A DNA stretch of 64,000 nucleotides, taken from NCBI GenBank assembly GCA_964607285.1, contig CAZSJW010000001.1, positions 250,555 through 314,554 of the forward strand, given 5' to 3'. Shown here piece after piece: positions 39,777-49,170 of the stretch. Under the pieces are notes generated by a model. That model ran no database searches. It worked only from the letters and a program-made list of their open reading frames with translations, and was not told the origin of the DNA. This DNA comes from an uncultured Pseudomonadales bacterium. GTDB taxonomy: Bacteria; Patescibacteriota; Microgenomatia; UBA1400; PJMF01. Numbering within the stretch: the stretch's first letter is position 1; every line of letters begins with the position of its first letter. Made by a program: the position numbers and the translations under genes.

Positions 39777-39994
39777 ACGCCATCATCCGCCATCAACGGA
39801 GAGCCTCGCAGCATGCGGGGTGCGCAGACCAAAGAACTCGCCACAATGCGACACTAGACTGGTCCGGGTAAGCCCGTAATCGCTGGAATAAGTCTCGCCA
39901 AAGGCGGGAGAACAGAGGTGGTACCACCACATAGTTGGTCCTCTTGCAAACGTATATACGTGCAAGGGGATTTTTTTGTCCCCAGAAAGTAACA
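39777..39994 (+). promoter_or_regulatory. Candidate T-box riboswitch leader (isoleucine-specific) upstream of ileS
   Basis: GC-rich structured leader in an AT-rich genome. T-box-like core AACAGAGGTGGTACCACCAC at 39911-39930 (GGUGGUACC core). The variable base gives UGGU, complementary to ACCA with discriminator A as in tRNA-Ile. ATC-A candidates for the specifier are at ~39782-39795. Downstream are a long hairpin (39943-39966), a T7 tract (39971-39977) and a GGGGA/TCCCC hairpin. Confidence 0.4.
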
Positions 39995-42817
39995 ATGCCA
40001 ACCAAACAACCACTACCAGCCCAACCTAGCTTTCCACAAATGGAGGAAGAAGTCTTGGCATACTGGCAAAAAACCAAAGCTTTTGAGAAGTCAGTGGAGA
40101 TGCGCTCCGCTGATAAAGCGTACATTTTTTATGATGGACCTCCATTCGCCACTGGCCTGCCACACTACGGACACCTCCTCGGCTCAACATCTAAAGACGT
40201 CATCCCTCGCTACTGGACTATGAAGGGCTACCGTGTGGAACGCATCTGGGGCTGGGACTGCCATGGCTTGCCAATTGAGCACATGATAGAAAAAAAACTC
40301 AAGATAACTGGCGGCAAAAAAGGCATCGAGAAACTAGGTATCCACAAGTTCAACGAAGCCTGTCGCTCCGAAGTGCTACGCCTAGATACCGAGTGGGAGA
40401 AAATCATCGCTAGACTAGGACGTTGGGTAGACTTCAAGAACAACTACAAAACCATGGATACATCATATATGGAGTCTGTTTGGTGGGGCTTTAAGCAGCT
40501 GTTTGACAAGGGTTTGGTCTATGAAGGCAAGAAAGTGATTCTCTACTGTCCACGCTGTGCCACCCCACTCTCAAACTTTGAGATCGCCATGGATAACAGC
40601 TACCAAACCGTCACTGAACCTTCTAACACCTACAAGTACAAGCTCAAGGCAGAAGAAAATACCTACATCCTGGCTTGGTCTACAACTCCATGGAACAAGC
40701 TGGCAACTCCAGCTTTAGCAGTTCACCCAACACTCAAGTACGTCAAAGTCAAACAAGGTACAGAGTTCTACGTCTTGGCAGAGAGCACTCTCAAAATTCT
40801 TAGCGATGAATCATACGAAATTGTCAAAACCTATTCGGGCAAAGACCTAGAAAAGTTTGAGTTCGAGCTTCACTACGATTTCTATCCGCGTTCTCAAGGT
40901 CAAAAAGCAGGCGTGATAGTGGCAGATGAGTTCGTCACAGCTGAGGAGGGCACGGGTGTTGTTACCCTAGCCGTCTACGGCGAAGATGACTATCGTGTTA
41001 TGAAAGCCCACAACATTCAGATGGTGGAGCATGTTGATGATGAAGGCAAGCTCAAACCAGAGGTTACACAGTGGGCTGGTATGAACATCCAAGCCGTTAA
41101 TCCCTTAGTCAATGCTGATCTTGCGGAGAGAGGCCTACTGTACTCCGAAGAACCACACACCCACAGTGTGGCCGAGTGTTATCGCTGTAGCACTAGGCTG
41201 TACTACGCACCAATGCCAGCTTGGTTTATCAATGTGCAAGAACTCAAACAGGATTTACTCGAACACAACGAGAGTATCAACTGGTTCCCCAAACATCTCA
41301 AACATGGTCGCTTCAAACATGGCTTAGAAACAGCACCAGACTGGAATATCTCCCGCTCCCGCTACTGGGGCACTCCAATGCCAATCTGGGAAAGTGCAGA
41401 CAAAAAACTGCGCAGAATTGTTGGTTCTGTAGCAGAGCTGCAAGAATGGGCTGTTGATCCAGCCAAGGCTGCTGCAGTAACCGATATTCATCCCGAGTTC
41501 TTGAGTGATATCGAGCTTTGGGTTGATGCTGAGCGCACAGTCAAAGGTACCCGAATCAGTGAAGTCTTCGACTGCTGGGTCGAGTCGGGCTCCATGCCGT
41601 TTGCCCATCGTCACTATCCGTTTGCAAACAAAAAGCAGTTTGAGGCAACTTATCCTGCACAGTTCATCAGCGAGTACATTGCCCAGACCCGAGCCTGGTT
41701 CTACACCATGCACGTTATGTCAGTGGGTGTGTTTGGCAAACCCGCTTTTGAGAACGTTCTCACCACGGGCACAATCTTAGCTGAGGATGGCAGTAAAATG
41801 AGTAAGTCTAAAAATAACTACCCAGATCCCATGGTCTTGATTGACAAATATGGCGTAGATAGCTTGAGGCTGTATTTGATGAGCTCAACGGTCATGAAAT
41901 CGGAAAATCTGAACTTTTCTGAAAAAGAAGTTGGAGACATTCGCAAGAAAGTCTTCCTGATCTGGTGGAATATGTATGCGTTTTACCATCTGTATGCGCC
42001 ATTTGAGGCACAGGAAGTAGCTGAGTTGCCACCGCTCGAAGAAGTCACTGATGTCATGGATCGCTGGGTGCTGAGTCGTTTGGCAACAGTTACGCTGGAA
42101 GTCACCAAGGCATTTGATTCGTACAATACTATCAAGGCGTCTCGGCCGCTGATGGAGTTTGTGAATGAACTTTCTACCTGGTACTTGCGTAGAAGTCGTG
42201 AGCGGTTGAAGGACAACCAGACATCGCTACGGGTGTTTGGGCATGTTTTGTATCGACTGGCACAGTTGTTTGCGCCGCTTGCACCTTTTTTTAGTGAGAA
42301 TATCTACCAGCGAGTGCTAAACACAGATCTTAGTGTGCACCACACGGATTGGCCAGTGCTGGATGCTAGCTTGAGGCATCCAAAGCTAGAAACTAACATG
42401 ACACTCATCCGCTCCGTTGTTGAACGAGTGCATGCTGCTCGCTCTGAGGCTGGAATCAAAGTTCGGCAGCCACTGGCAAATGTGGCAGTTACTGCACCAT
42501 CCAAACCTGAAGATAATCTGCTTGCGGTATTGTTGGAAGAGGTCAATGTTAAGACTGTTAAGTGGACAGTGGGAAGCGACTTAACGGTTAATCTCAACAC
42601 AGAGCTTACTCCTGAATTAGAAGCTGAGGGCAAAGCGCGGGAGCTAATCCGAAGCATTCAGAAGTTGCGGAAGGAAGCGGGGTTGCAGGTTGGAATGCAC
42701 GCTACTGTTACTGTGCCGATGAATACAATTTCAGAAGAGTGGCAGAATCGGGTAGCTGAAATCACGTGCTCAACCATTTTGGTTGGTGACGATTTAAAAA
42801 TCAGTACCGAATCTTGA
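39995..42817 (+). CDS. ileS: Isoleucine--tRNA ligase
   Basis: HIGH motif (PPFATGLPHYGHLL) and KMSKS (GSKMSKSKNN). 941 aa from the ATG at 39995 (MPTKQPL...); the ORF track starts at 39935 inside the leader. Confidence 0.9.
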   Translation: MPTKQPLPAQPSFPQMEEEVLAYWQKTKAFEKSVEMRSADKAYIFYDGPPFATGLPHYGHLLGSTSKDVIPRYWTMKGYRVERIWGWDCHGLPIEHMIEKKLKITGGKKGIEKLGIHKFNEACRSEVLRLDTEWEKIIARLGRWVDFKNNYKTMDTSYMESVWWGFKQLFDKGLVYEGKKVILYCPRCATPLSNFEIAMDNSYQTVTEPSNTYKYKLKAEENTYILAWSTTPWNKLATPALAVHPTLKYVKVKQGTEFYVLAESTLKILSDESYEIVKTYSGKDLEKFEFELHYDFYPRSQGQKAGVIVADEFVTAEEGTGVVTLAVYGEDDYRVMKAHNIQMVEHVDDEGKLKPEVTQWAGMNIQAVNPLVNADLAERGLLYSEEPHTHSVAECYRCSTRLYYAPMPAWFINVQELKQDLLEHNESINWFPKHLKHGRFKHGLETAPDWNISRSRYWGTPMPIWESADKKLRRIVGSVAELQEWAVDPAKAAAVTDIHPEFLSDIELWVDAERTVKGTRISEVFDCWVESGSMPFAHRHYPFANKKQFEATYPAQFISEYIAQTRAWFYTMHVMSVGVFGKPAFENVLTTGTILAEDGSKMSKSKNNYPDPMVLIDKYGVDSLRLYLMSSTVMKSENLNFSEKEVGDIRKKVFLIWWNMYAFYHLYAPFEAQEVAELPPLEEVTDVMDRWVLSRLATVTLEVTKAFDSYNTIKASRPLMEFVNELSTWYLRRSRERLKDNQTSLRVFGHVLYRLAQLFAPLAPFFSENIYQRVLNTDLSVHHTDWPVLDASLRHPKLETNMTLIRSVVERVHAARSEAGIKVRQPLANVAVTAPSKPEDNLLAVLLEEVNVKTVKWTVGSDLTVNLNTELTPELEAEGKARELIRSIQKLRKEAGLQVGMHATVTVPMNTISEEWQNRVAEITCSTILVGDDLKISTES

Positions 42818-42848
42818 TCATAGCTCAGCAACAACCAGGGTACACTAT

Positions 42849-44147
42849 TTAACTTCTTAGAATTAGATACGTAGCATCATCAGTGACTCGGTCAGCCAGT
42901 TGAGCAAGTACTTGCACAGGATTCGATGTCCTCCCGATTTCAAATGCAAGCTTTAGCATCTCTTCCGGCGTGCGTTCTCTAGTACCTATCGGAAGTTTGT
43001 CCAGTCCGTCTGTCCTCACAGTAATTGTAAACTGCATTTCAGGCTCACGAATAAATTCATGCGCTGAAATTTTCTCTCTGTATTGGGACGCGTCTTGCGT
43101 TCCTGCTCCATAGTTTATTTGAGCTGGAGCTGCACCTGATTTGTATGCTATTTCACTGTGATAATTGTCATAGTCTGGTCCTGCAGTGACACCAATCCCT
43201 CCATCACCACCATCTAAATATAAAATCTTCAGAGGATCTGTCTTCGCATCATCATCTATCACGGCAAGACCTAATAAAGTCGAGCTCGCTATTGTTTGAG
43301 GATTACTCATGCCTGCTAGGTAACCCTCTCTTTGCAACTGAGGTAGTGATGCAGATCTCTTAACTGCAATCTGCTCTAACGTGTCCTTCCCAATTGAATG
43401 AAGGTATGCATCCGCGTAGGCAGCAGCTTGACTCATAACCTCAGCAACTCCATCAGCGTCTTTGATATCTCCATTTTTAACTGCTTTGATGCAATACTCT
43501 TGCGCTTTATTTACCAATACTCGAGCCGCAACATCTCCCAGAATAGTACTGCCAACTCCGTCTGCAACGAAAACCACCCTTACGGTGTGACTATTACCAC
43601 TTCCATTTTCGATCCTGAAGGCAAAGACAGTAAGTGCATCAGCACATACCGATAGATCCCTTCCAGCCTCTGAGGCTCTAATACCTATCAAACCTAAATC
43701 GGGGGCATCAATAGTTTCTAGTAAAAATGCAGTAGTATCCTGTGTTGTTGCCTTAATTAAATTTGTATCAGTTTTAGACTCGCCACCCTTTCCAATAGAT
43801 GTAATTCTTGACTTATCCTGGGTTAGAGCATGCAGCTCTGATAGGCTCGGTGCAGAATCCTGATGTTCTTGAGCTGGAACTATAGGTCTAAGAGCAGTAA
43901 TTACTTTATCTGCAGCCACCTCAGGAACTGAGCTCGCACCTGTAATCGGCACCCATGATGTCACGAAACTTGGAGACTGCCGAGCTTCAATCTGCGCAAC
44001 GAGCTCAACTAACTCATTGTCCTGGGGAGGAATCGTTTTTTTCTCGAATCTGAAGGGTAATGCTTTTTCAATTCTTTCTTTTGCCCTATAAAAAACTTCC
44101 ATTATTCTCATGGGTGCAATTTTAAATGATTTTTTACATTTTTGCAT
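42849..44147 (-). CDS. Hypothetical protein with a possible PP2C/SpoIIE-like phosphatase core
   Basis: VRVVFVADGVGSTILGDVAARV resembles the PPM motif lfaVaDGmGGhaaGevAs. SEAGRDLSVCADAL resembles G.R...ED. A later acidic cluster is LAVIDDD / YLDGGDGG. 432 aa with a ~140-aa N-terminal extension. Confidence 0.35.
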   Translation of the reverse strand: MQKCKKSFKIAPMRIMEVFYRAKERIEKALPFRFEKKTIPPQDNELVELVAQIEARQSPSFVTSWVPITGASSVPEVAADKVITALRPIVPAQEHQDSAPSLSELHALTQDKSRITSIGKGGESKTDTNLIKATTQDTTAFLLETIDAPDLGLIGIRASEAGRDLSVCADALTVFAFRIENGSGNSHTVRVVFVADGVGSTILGDVAARVLVNKAQEYCIKAVKNGDIKDADGVAEVMSQAAAYADAYLHSIGKDTLEQIAVKRSASLPQLQREGYLAGMSNPQTIASSTLLGLAVIDDDAKTDPLKILYLDGGDGGIGVTAGPDYDNYHSEIAYKSGAAPAQINYGAGTQDASQYREKISAHEFIREPEMQFTITVRTDGLDKLPIGTRERTPEEMLKLAFEIGRTSNPVQVLAQLADRVTDDATYLILRS

Positions 44148-44243
44148 TAGTTGCGATATAGCAAGTTATAAAATAACTGTATACGCAAACCAAAACACGC
44201 CCAATTTTTGGATTTTGCGAAGAAGTGAGCACCTAGAGCCTTC

Positions 44244-45356
44244 ATGCCTCGACGAGCTACAAAATTCCAAAAAATAAACTGCTACAATGACACCATGAGA
44301 ACCTGGATCCTACCAGCAACTATCATGGTTTTGGCGCTACTCAGCCTGGTGGTACTGTCTAGCATTGCACCGACCTTAGCACCCCGACAGGCAGTCTTTT
44401 TCTTGTTGGGGGGTGCTGTTTTCTATGCCGCAAGCTCAATTTCGTTCTCCCGATATCAACAGTCGCATTGGCTGGGTTTTTGGACGACCATAGCATTACT
44501 AATCCTGACGCAGGTACTCGGTCAGGTGACACGAAGCACAACTAGTTGGTTTACCATAGGTGGTTTATTTGCCGTACAACCCTCTCAGCTGGCGGTTCCG
44601 CTGGTTGGACTGAGTGCTGCCGTGACTGCCGCCCGCTTACACATGAGCGCCTTGCTATCAGTTGGAAAATATTTATTGCTGATTGGCGTCCCAACCCTTT
44701 TAATTCTCACTGAGCCAGACCTAGGAACCACAGTCATTTTTGTCGGGGGCATGCTGAGTATTCTCTGGCTGGCACCCACTCGCTTGGCCCATCTGCTCGG
44801 CTTAGTTGCTGCAGGTCTGATATTGATCTTCATCAGCTGGCAGTTTTTAGCTCCGTATCAACAAGCGCGCATTTCTTCTTTCGTCAGCTCGGAAGATCCT
44901 AGAGGAGCTGGGTATAACGCGCGGCAATCGTTAATCGCTGTCGGGTCAGGTGGGGTATGGGGAAGGGGACTAGGTCAGGGAGTACAATCACACCTACGAT
45001 TCTTACCTGAACGCCAAACTGACTTTATATTTGCATCTCTGGCTGAAGAGTTTGGACTGCTTGGTTCACTGTTAGTGCTCTCGCTGTACGCTGCAGTTGT
45101 GTTCACTCTAGTAAGGACGGGTGTGTACAGTGACCACCCTGCAGCACAGTACTTTTGCTTAGCTATGGCCACAGCATTGTTTTTGCAGATTATGGTCAAT
45201 ATTGGGATGAATACTGGCATCATGCCAATTACTGGTATCACCCTGCCACTACTGTCTTATGGGGGAAGTTCTGTGATTGCTACCTGTGGGATGTTGGGGA
45301 TTGTACAAGGTATTGTGCGGCAGATGCCTAAAAGCCAAGCAGTACTAATTTCATAG
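44244..45356 (+). CDS. rodA: SEDS-family protein RodA/FtsW paralog
   Basis: Polytopic protein with PERQTDFIFASLAEEFGLLGS. This is a second SEDS gene, outside the dcw cluster. The start could instead be the ATG at 44295. Confidence 0.75.
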   Translation: MPRRATKFQKINCYNDTMRTWILPATIMVLALLSLVVLSSIAPTLAPRQAVFFLLGGAVFYAASSISFSRYQQSHWLGFWTTIALLILTQVLGQVTRSTTSWFTIGGLFAVQPSQLAVPLVGLSAAVTAARLHMSALLSVGKYLLLIGVPTLLILTEPDLGTTVIFVGGMLSILWLAPTRLAHLLGLVAAGLILIFISWQFLAPYQQARISSFVSSEDPRGAGYNARQSLIAVGSGGVWGRGLGQGVQSHLRFLPERQTDFIFASLAEEFGLLGSLLVLSLYAAVVFTLVRTGVYSDHPAAQYFCLAMATALFLQIMVNIGMNTGIMPITGITLPLLSYGGSSVIATCGMLGIVQGIVRQMPKSQAVLIS

Positions 45357-45413
45357 CGTATCTAAATTAAAACACATCTACAGACGTATCCTTCTGCCAT
45401 CAACACATATTTG

Positions 45414-45422
45414 TGGTATAAT
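45414..45422 (+). promoter_or_regulatory. Extended -10 promoter element TGgTATAAT upstream of rplU
   Basis: tttgTGgTATAATcac, 43 nt upstream of the rplU ATG. SD AAAGGG precedes the ATG at 45465. Confidence 0.35.
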
Positions 45423-45464
45423 CACTCTTCTAACGAAACTTCTCGAATTAGTCTGAAAGGGAAT

Positions 45465-45794
45465 ATGTCAGCAGTTGCAGTTATTCAACTCGCCGGAAAG
45501 CAGTATGTTGTCACTGAAGGGGAAACCATTAGTGTAAACAAACTCGAAGTAGCAGAAGGTGAAACCGTAAAGGTCACCGATGTTCTTTTGGCAAACAACG
45601 GTACAAATACACTAGTAGGTGCGCCGATCGTGGCAGGTGCAACTGTAACCCTCAAAGCAACTGAGAACCTAAAGGGTGAAAAAATTAGAGTTTTTAAGTA
45701 TAAATCAAAGTCTCGCTACCGAAAAACTAAAGGTCACAGACAACTTCTGACCAAGCTCGTAGTTGAGTCTATTAAGCTCCCGAAAGCCAGTTAA
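45465..45794 (+). CDS. rplU: 50S ribosomal protein L21
   Basis: MSAVAVIQLAGKQYVVTEGETI... is the typical L21 N-terminus. SD-supported ATG at 45465; the track starts at 45411. Confidence 0.9.
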   Translation: MSAVAVIQLAGKQYVVTEGETISVNKLEVAEGETVKVTDVLLANNGTNTLVGAPIVAGATVTLKATENLKGEKIRVFKYKSKSRYRKTKGHRQLLTKLVVESIKLPKAS

Positions 45795-45832
45795 ACTCGT
45801 ACTGGATAAGAGTAGAGTACCGTGGGGGTCAT

Positions 45833-46981
45833 ATGCAAGAATATTTATTCCTTCTCGGCAATACTCCTACACTTTCCTTGGCGGAAATTAATTCTGTATT
45901 TCCTGATTTAAACTGCTCACTTATTCATCCTCAAGTAGCCTTTGGAAGTAGTGCTTCCTTCGATCCCCACACTGCAATACGTAGACTTGGCGGCACAATA
46001 AAAATATTGAAGCCAATCGAGCAACACTCCCTGCTAAGCACAGAGGAAGCTGAAGAAAAACTCTTGGAAATCCTCCGAGTTCACCCAAAAGCAATCTCCA
46101 AACTACAGTTTGGCATCGGTGAAATTGGACGAGATCACCTACAACCTATTGAAGAAGCTGTCATTAAAGCCGCATTACAAAAAGAAGGTATCCCTGCACG
46201 ATACCTCTTAGACAGTCGAGCTGGACTCTCTGCTGCAATCCTCTCACATAAAAAAGCCATTATTGAGTTTCTACTCATCAACAACGAAACAGCAACTTTC
46301 ATTGCTGAAACTTTGGCTGTCCAAGATGTAGACAACTGGACAAATCGAGATCGAAATAAGCCATACGCAGATAGTAAAAAAGGCATGCTTCCACCAAAAG
46401 TCGCTCGCATGATGGTCAACTTGGCACTGAGTACAACAGAACCAAACTCAACAATCGTGTGCGATCCATTCTGTGGTTCAGGAACCGTACTACTTGAAGC
46501 AAGTGTGCTTGGTTGTTCTATCATGGGCAGTGATGCTGACCCAGTAGCTATCGATGGCACTGCTAAAAACCTGCGTTGGCTCAACTCGGAGTACAATTTA
46601 GAAAAAGAGTACACACTTCGTAATGCAGACGTTACAAAAGTACAGTTCCCAGCAAACAGTGTTTCACATTTAGTTACAGAACCATTCTTGGGTAAACCAG
46701 GTCCTAGAGAGCACCAGCTTCCAGGAATTTTTAAAGGCCTGCAAAAGCTGTATCTAGGAGCATTTAAGCACTGGAGGAACTTCTTGCAAGATGGTGCCAC
46801 AGTTGTCATTGTTATGCCACTGGTCACAGATTTTGCAGAAACATTTAGTTTGAGATCTTTTATTGACGGTCTAACCGTGTTGGGGTATACTACTTCCTCT
46901 GAGCCGATCGTCTACGCACGTCCAAATGCAACTGTCCAACGCGAGATCTATCAACTCAAGTACACTAAACAAAGTAAGTAA
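45833..46981 (+). CDS. Putative RNA (guanine-N2)-methyltransferase, UPF0020/Trm11-like SAM-MTase
   Basis: Motif I VCDPFCGSGTVLLEA (DPxCGSGT) and motif IV LVTEPFLGKP (a DPPYG variant). Inserted between rplU and rpmA. Confidence 0.55.
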   Translation: MQEYLFLLGNTPTLSLAEINSVFPDLNCSLIHPQVAFGSSASFDPHTAIRRLGGTIKILKPIEQHSLLSTEEAEEKLLEILRVHPKAISKLQFGIGEIGRDHLQPIEEAVIKAALQKEGIPARYLLDSRAGLSAAILSHKKAIIEFLLINNETATFIAETLAVQDVDNWTNRDRNKPYADSKKGMLPPKVARMMVNLALSTTEPNSTIVCDPFCGSGTVLLEASVLGCSIMGSDADPVAIDGTAKNLRWLNSEYNLEKEYTLRNADVTKVQFPANSVSHLVTEPFLGKPGPREHQLPGIFKGLQKLYLGAFKHWRNFLQDGATVVIVMPLVTDFAETFSLRSFIDGLTVLGYTTSSEPIVYARPNATVQREIYQLKYTKQSK

Positions 46982-46987
46982 CATACT

Positions 46988-47245
46988 ATGTCACACGTTA
47001 AAGCTTCAGGTAGCGTCCGCCAACACAAACAAGGCAAAAGAGAAGGTAAACGTCTCGGTGTCAAGTTATTTGGTGGCCAAGCTGTGAAAACTGGCATGAT
47101 TATTCTTCGCCAACGCGGTGAACAGTACAAACCAGGCAAAGGTGTTGGGTTGGGCAGAGATCACACAATTTTCGCAATGATGGATGGTGTAGTGGCTTTC
47201 GGCAAGCGTTTCGGGCGCACCGTCGTCAATGTTGTAGCACAGTAA
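46988..47245 (+). CDS. rpmA: 50S ribosomal protein L27
   Basis: [31 protein letters not shown]... 85 aa. Confidence 0.9.
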   Translation: MSHVKASGSVRQHKQGKREGKRLGVKLFGGQAVKTGMIILRQRGEQYKPGKGVGLGRDHTIFAMMDGVVAFGKRFGRTVVNVVAQ

Positions 47246-47586
47246 CTACCTCCTCCGTTTCTTTAATTGCGTTCAAATCGATGACACTTCTTTGAGATTT
47301 ATTGTACACTTATTTCATGTAAATGACATTTCAACTCAGTGGCTGGTTTTTGCAAACTGTAACGCAATCAGCTGGAGAAACCGAAGCTGCAACTTTTACT
47401 CGAGGCACATCAGTATTTAAGCCCGCCAAAATCACCTATCAAGATTAAGTTTGGAAGATTTACGAAAGAGGCTTAATCAAAACAGATTTGAAGTAGTGGA
47501 TCAGACCAGCAAGCAAGTCATTGGATATTCAACTAAAACTTATTTCCTTAGTTAAGCAACTATCCAAGTGATGCTATACTACTCGT

Positions 47587-48411
47587 ATGGCAGAAACCGT
47601 TCAATTGCTGGCAGTCAACTTGCTGCAGCCAAACCCATTCCAACCTCGCAACAAAATAGTCAAGGATGAGCTTGATGAGCTGGCAGACTCAATCAAAAAG
47701 CACGGTATTTTGGAACCTTTGATCGTGGCACACACTCCTGCAGGATACCAAATAATAGCGGGGGAGCGCAGATGGCGTGCTGCACAGCTTGCTGGACTCA
47801 CAGAAGTCCCAGCTTTGATCCGAAAAACCACTCCAAAGGGTATGTTGGAGATGGCGCTTATTGAAAATGTCCAGCGCATAAACCTTAGTGCACTTGAGCG
47901 TGCACAAGCCTTTCAGCAACTCATGCGAGAGTTTAGCTACTCCGTTAGTGAAATTGCCGACCGCATCAGCAAATCAGGATCATACATCAGTAATTCACTG
48001 AAGTTATTGCAACTTCCTGATGCTATCAAAGATGGGTTGCTAGGAAAAATGATATCAGAAGGTCATGCTCGAGCAATTGCGGGCATCTCTGATGCCAAAG
48101 AGATGGTTGAAGTTTACAAACAAATTCTCAAAGAAAACGCATCGGTCCGCAGAGCAGAAGAGTTAGCACGTCTCACCAAACAAAAAATTGGCCAAGGTCC
48201 TGTAAGACCAATTCAGCCCAAACGTTTATATCAAGTAAACGACCCTCGAATTGCAGATTGGGAGGAGAGACTTAAAAAAATTCTTCATGCACAATCTAAA
48301 ATAAAACTAAATCGAACCTATAAGCAAACACAGATCACCATCACTTTAAAAGGTGACCCCGAAGAGACACAGCGCGATCTAGAAACAATTATGAAGCTTG
48401 TGGAAAAGTAA
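47587..48411 (+). CDS. parB: ParB/Spo0J-family partition protein
   Basis: ParB box GILEPLIVAHTPAGYQIIAGERRWRAAQLAGL and an HTH region. No parA gene adjacent. Confidence 0.85.
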   Translation: MAETVQLLAVNLLQPNPFQPRNKIVKDELDELADSIKKHGILEPLIVAHTPAGYQIIAGERRWRAAQLAGLTEVPALIRKTTPKGMLEMALIENVQRINLSALERAQAFQQLMREFSYSVSEIADRISKSGSYISNSLKLLQLPDAIKDGLLGKMISEGHARAIAGISDAKEMVEVYKQILKENASVRRAEELARLTKQKIGQGPVRPIQPKRLYQVNDPRIADWEERLKKILHAQSKIKLNRTYKQTQITITLKGDPEETQRDLETIMKLVEK

Positions 48412-48473
48412 CTGTTTGTCTCTGCTGAAACGCATGACAGCGTAGATGCCCAGGTAGTATCACTGTTTTCTAA

Positions 48474-49049
48474 TTAGTAATTCACTGCTGGAATTGTACC
48501 AATTGTATCTACTGGCCAGTAGCGGAAAAACGCCTTGCCGACAATTTCTGATTTCTGCACTGGTCCCCAAGCCCTTGAGTCACTCGAGTATGGTCTGTTA
48601 TCACCTACCATAAAGTACTCATCTGGTCCTAGAGTCACAATCCGATCCTTGGTGTATGCACCTGGCAAAGTTTCGTACTCTTCAGGAATATACGGTTCCG
48701 TTAAAGGTGAGCCGTTTACAATGACTGAGTCATTTCTTACTTCAATGGTATCCCCAGGTAGTCCTAAAACCCGCTTAATGAAGTCACAGCCAGTACCTGC
48801 TGGACACTGTGCTCCTTCAGGAGCATGAAAAACTGCCACATCACCACGTTCTGGGTTGCCCACACGATAACTTACTTTGTCTGTTAGAACATACTCACCA
48901 CTTAAAAAGCTTGGAACCATAGACTGCCCATTCACCTGATGCGGCTGCATAAAAAATAAGTACACAACTAAAAAGATTGACAGTCCAATGACTATTGTTT
49001 CAGTTAAATCTAAAAACAAACTACTAAATGAGCGAAAAATCTTAAACAT
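48474..49049 (-). CDS. lepB: Signal peptidase I (S26)
   Basis: N-terminal TM; catalytic Ser box GQSMVPSF; box E GDNRPYSSDSRAWGPV. Confidence 0.85.
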   Translation of the reverse strand: MFKIFRSFSSLFLDLTETIVIGLSIFLVVYLFFMQPHQVNGQSMVPSFLSGEYVLTDKVSYRVGNPERGDVAVFHAPEGAQCPAGTGCDFIKRVLGLPGDTIEVRNDSVIVNGSPLTEPYIPEEYETLPGAYTKDRIVTLGPDEYFMVGDNRPYSSDSRAWGPVQKSEIVGKAFFRYWPVDTIGTIPAVNY

Positions 49050-49170
49050 ACTCGGCCAATTATGGATGCTCGGACTAAGAGTTTCAAGCGGTAAATATGA
49101 GTAGACATGCAGGCATATCTATACACTATTGAGAATGGAGTTTTCCCAATAATTCAGTAATAATACAGAT

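Noticed and set aside
39921-39932. GGTGGTACCACC in the ileS leader as a stand-alone palindromic protein-binding site or restriction-type palindrome
   Set aside because: This is possible, but its context favours the T-box reading: a GC-rich ~220-nt leader of an aminoacyl-tRNA synthetase gene, UGGU matching tRNA-Ile, and a sister motif upstream of glyQS. I kept it only as a caveat.
46135-46827. 230-aa minus-strand ORF antisense to the Trm11-like methyltransferase
   Set aside because: The sense-strand product carries clear SAM-MTase motifs. The antisense frame is low-complexity, Ser/Ala-rich, with no signal.
47246-47586. Canonical parS (TGTTTCACGTGAAACA) near parB
   Set aside because: Only a half-site-like TGTTTCAC occurs, inside a CDS at ~46660. 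There is no palindromic full site in the window.
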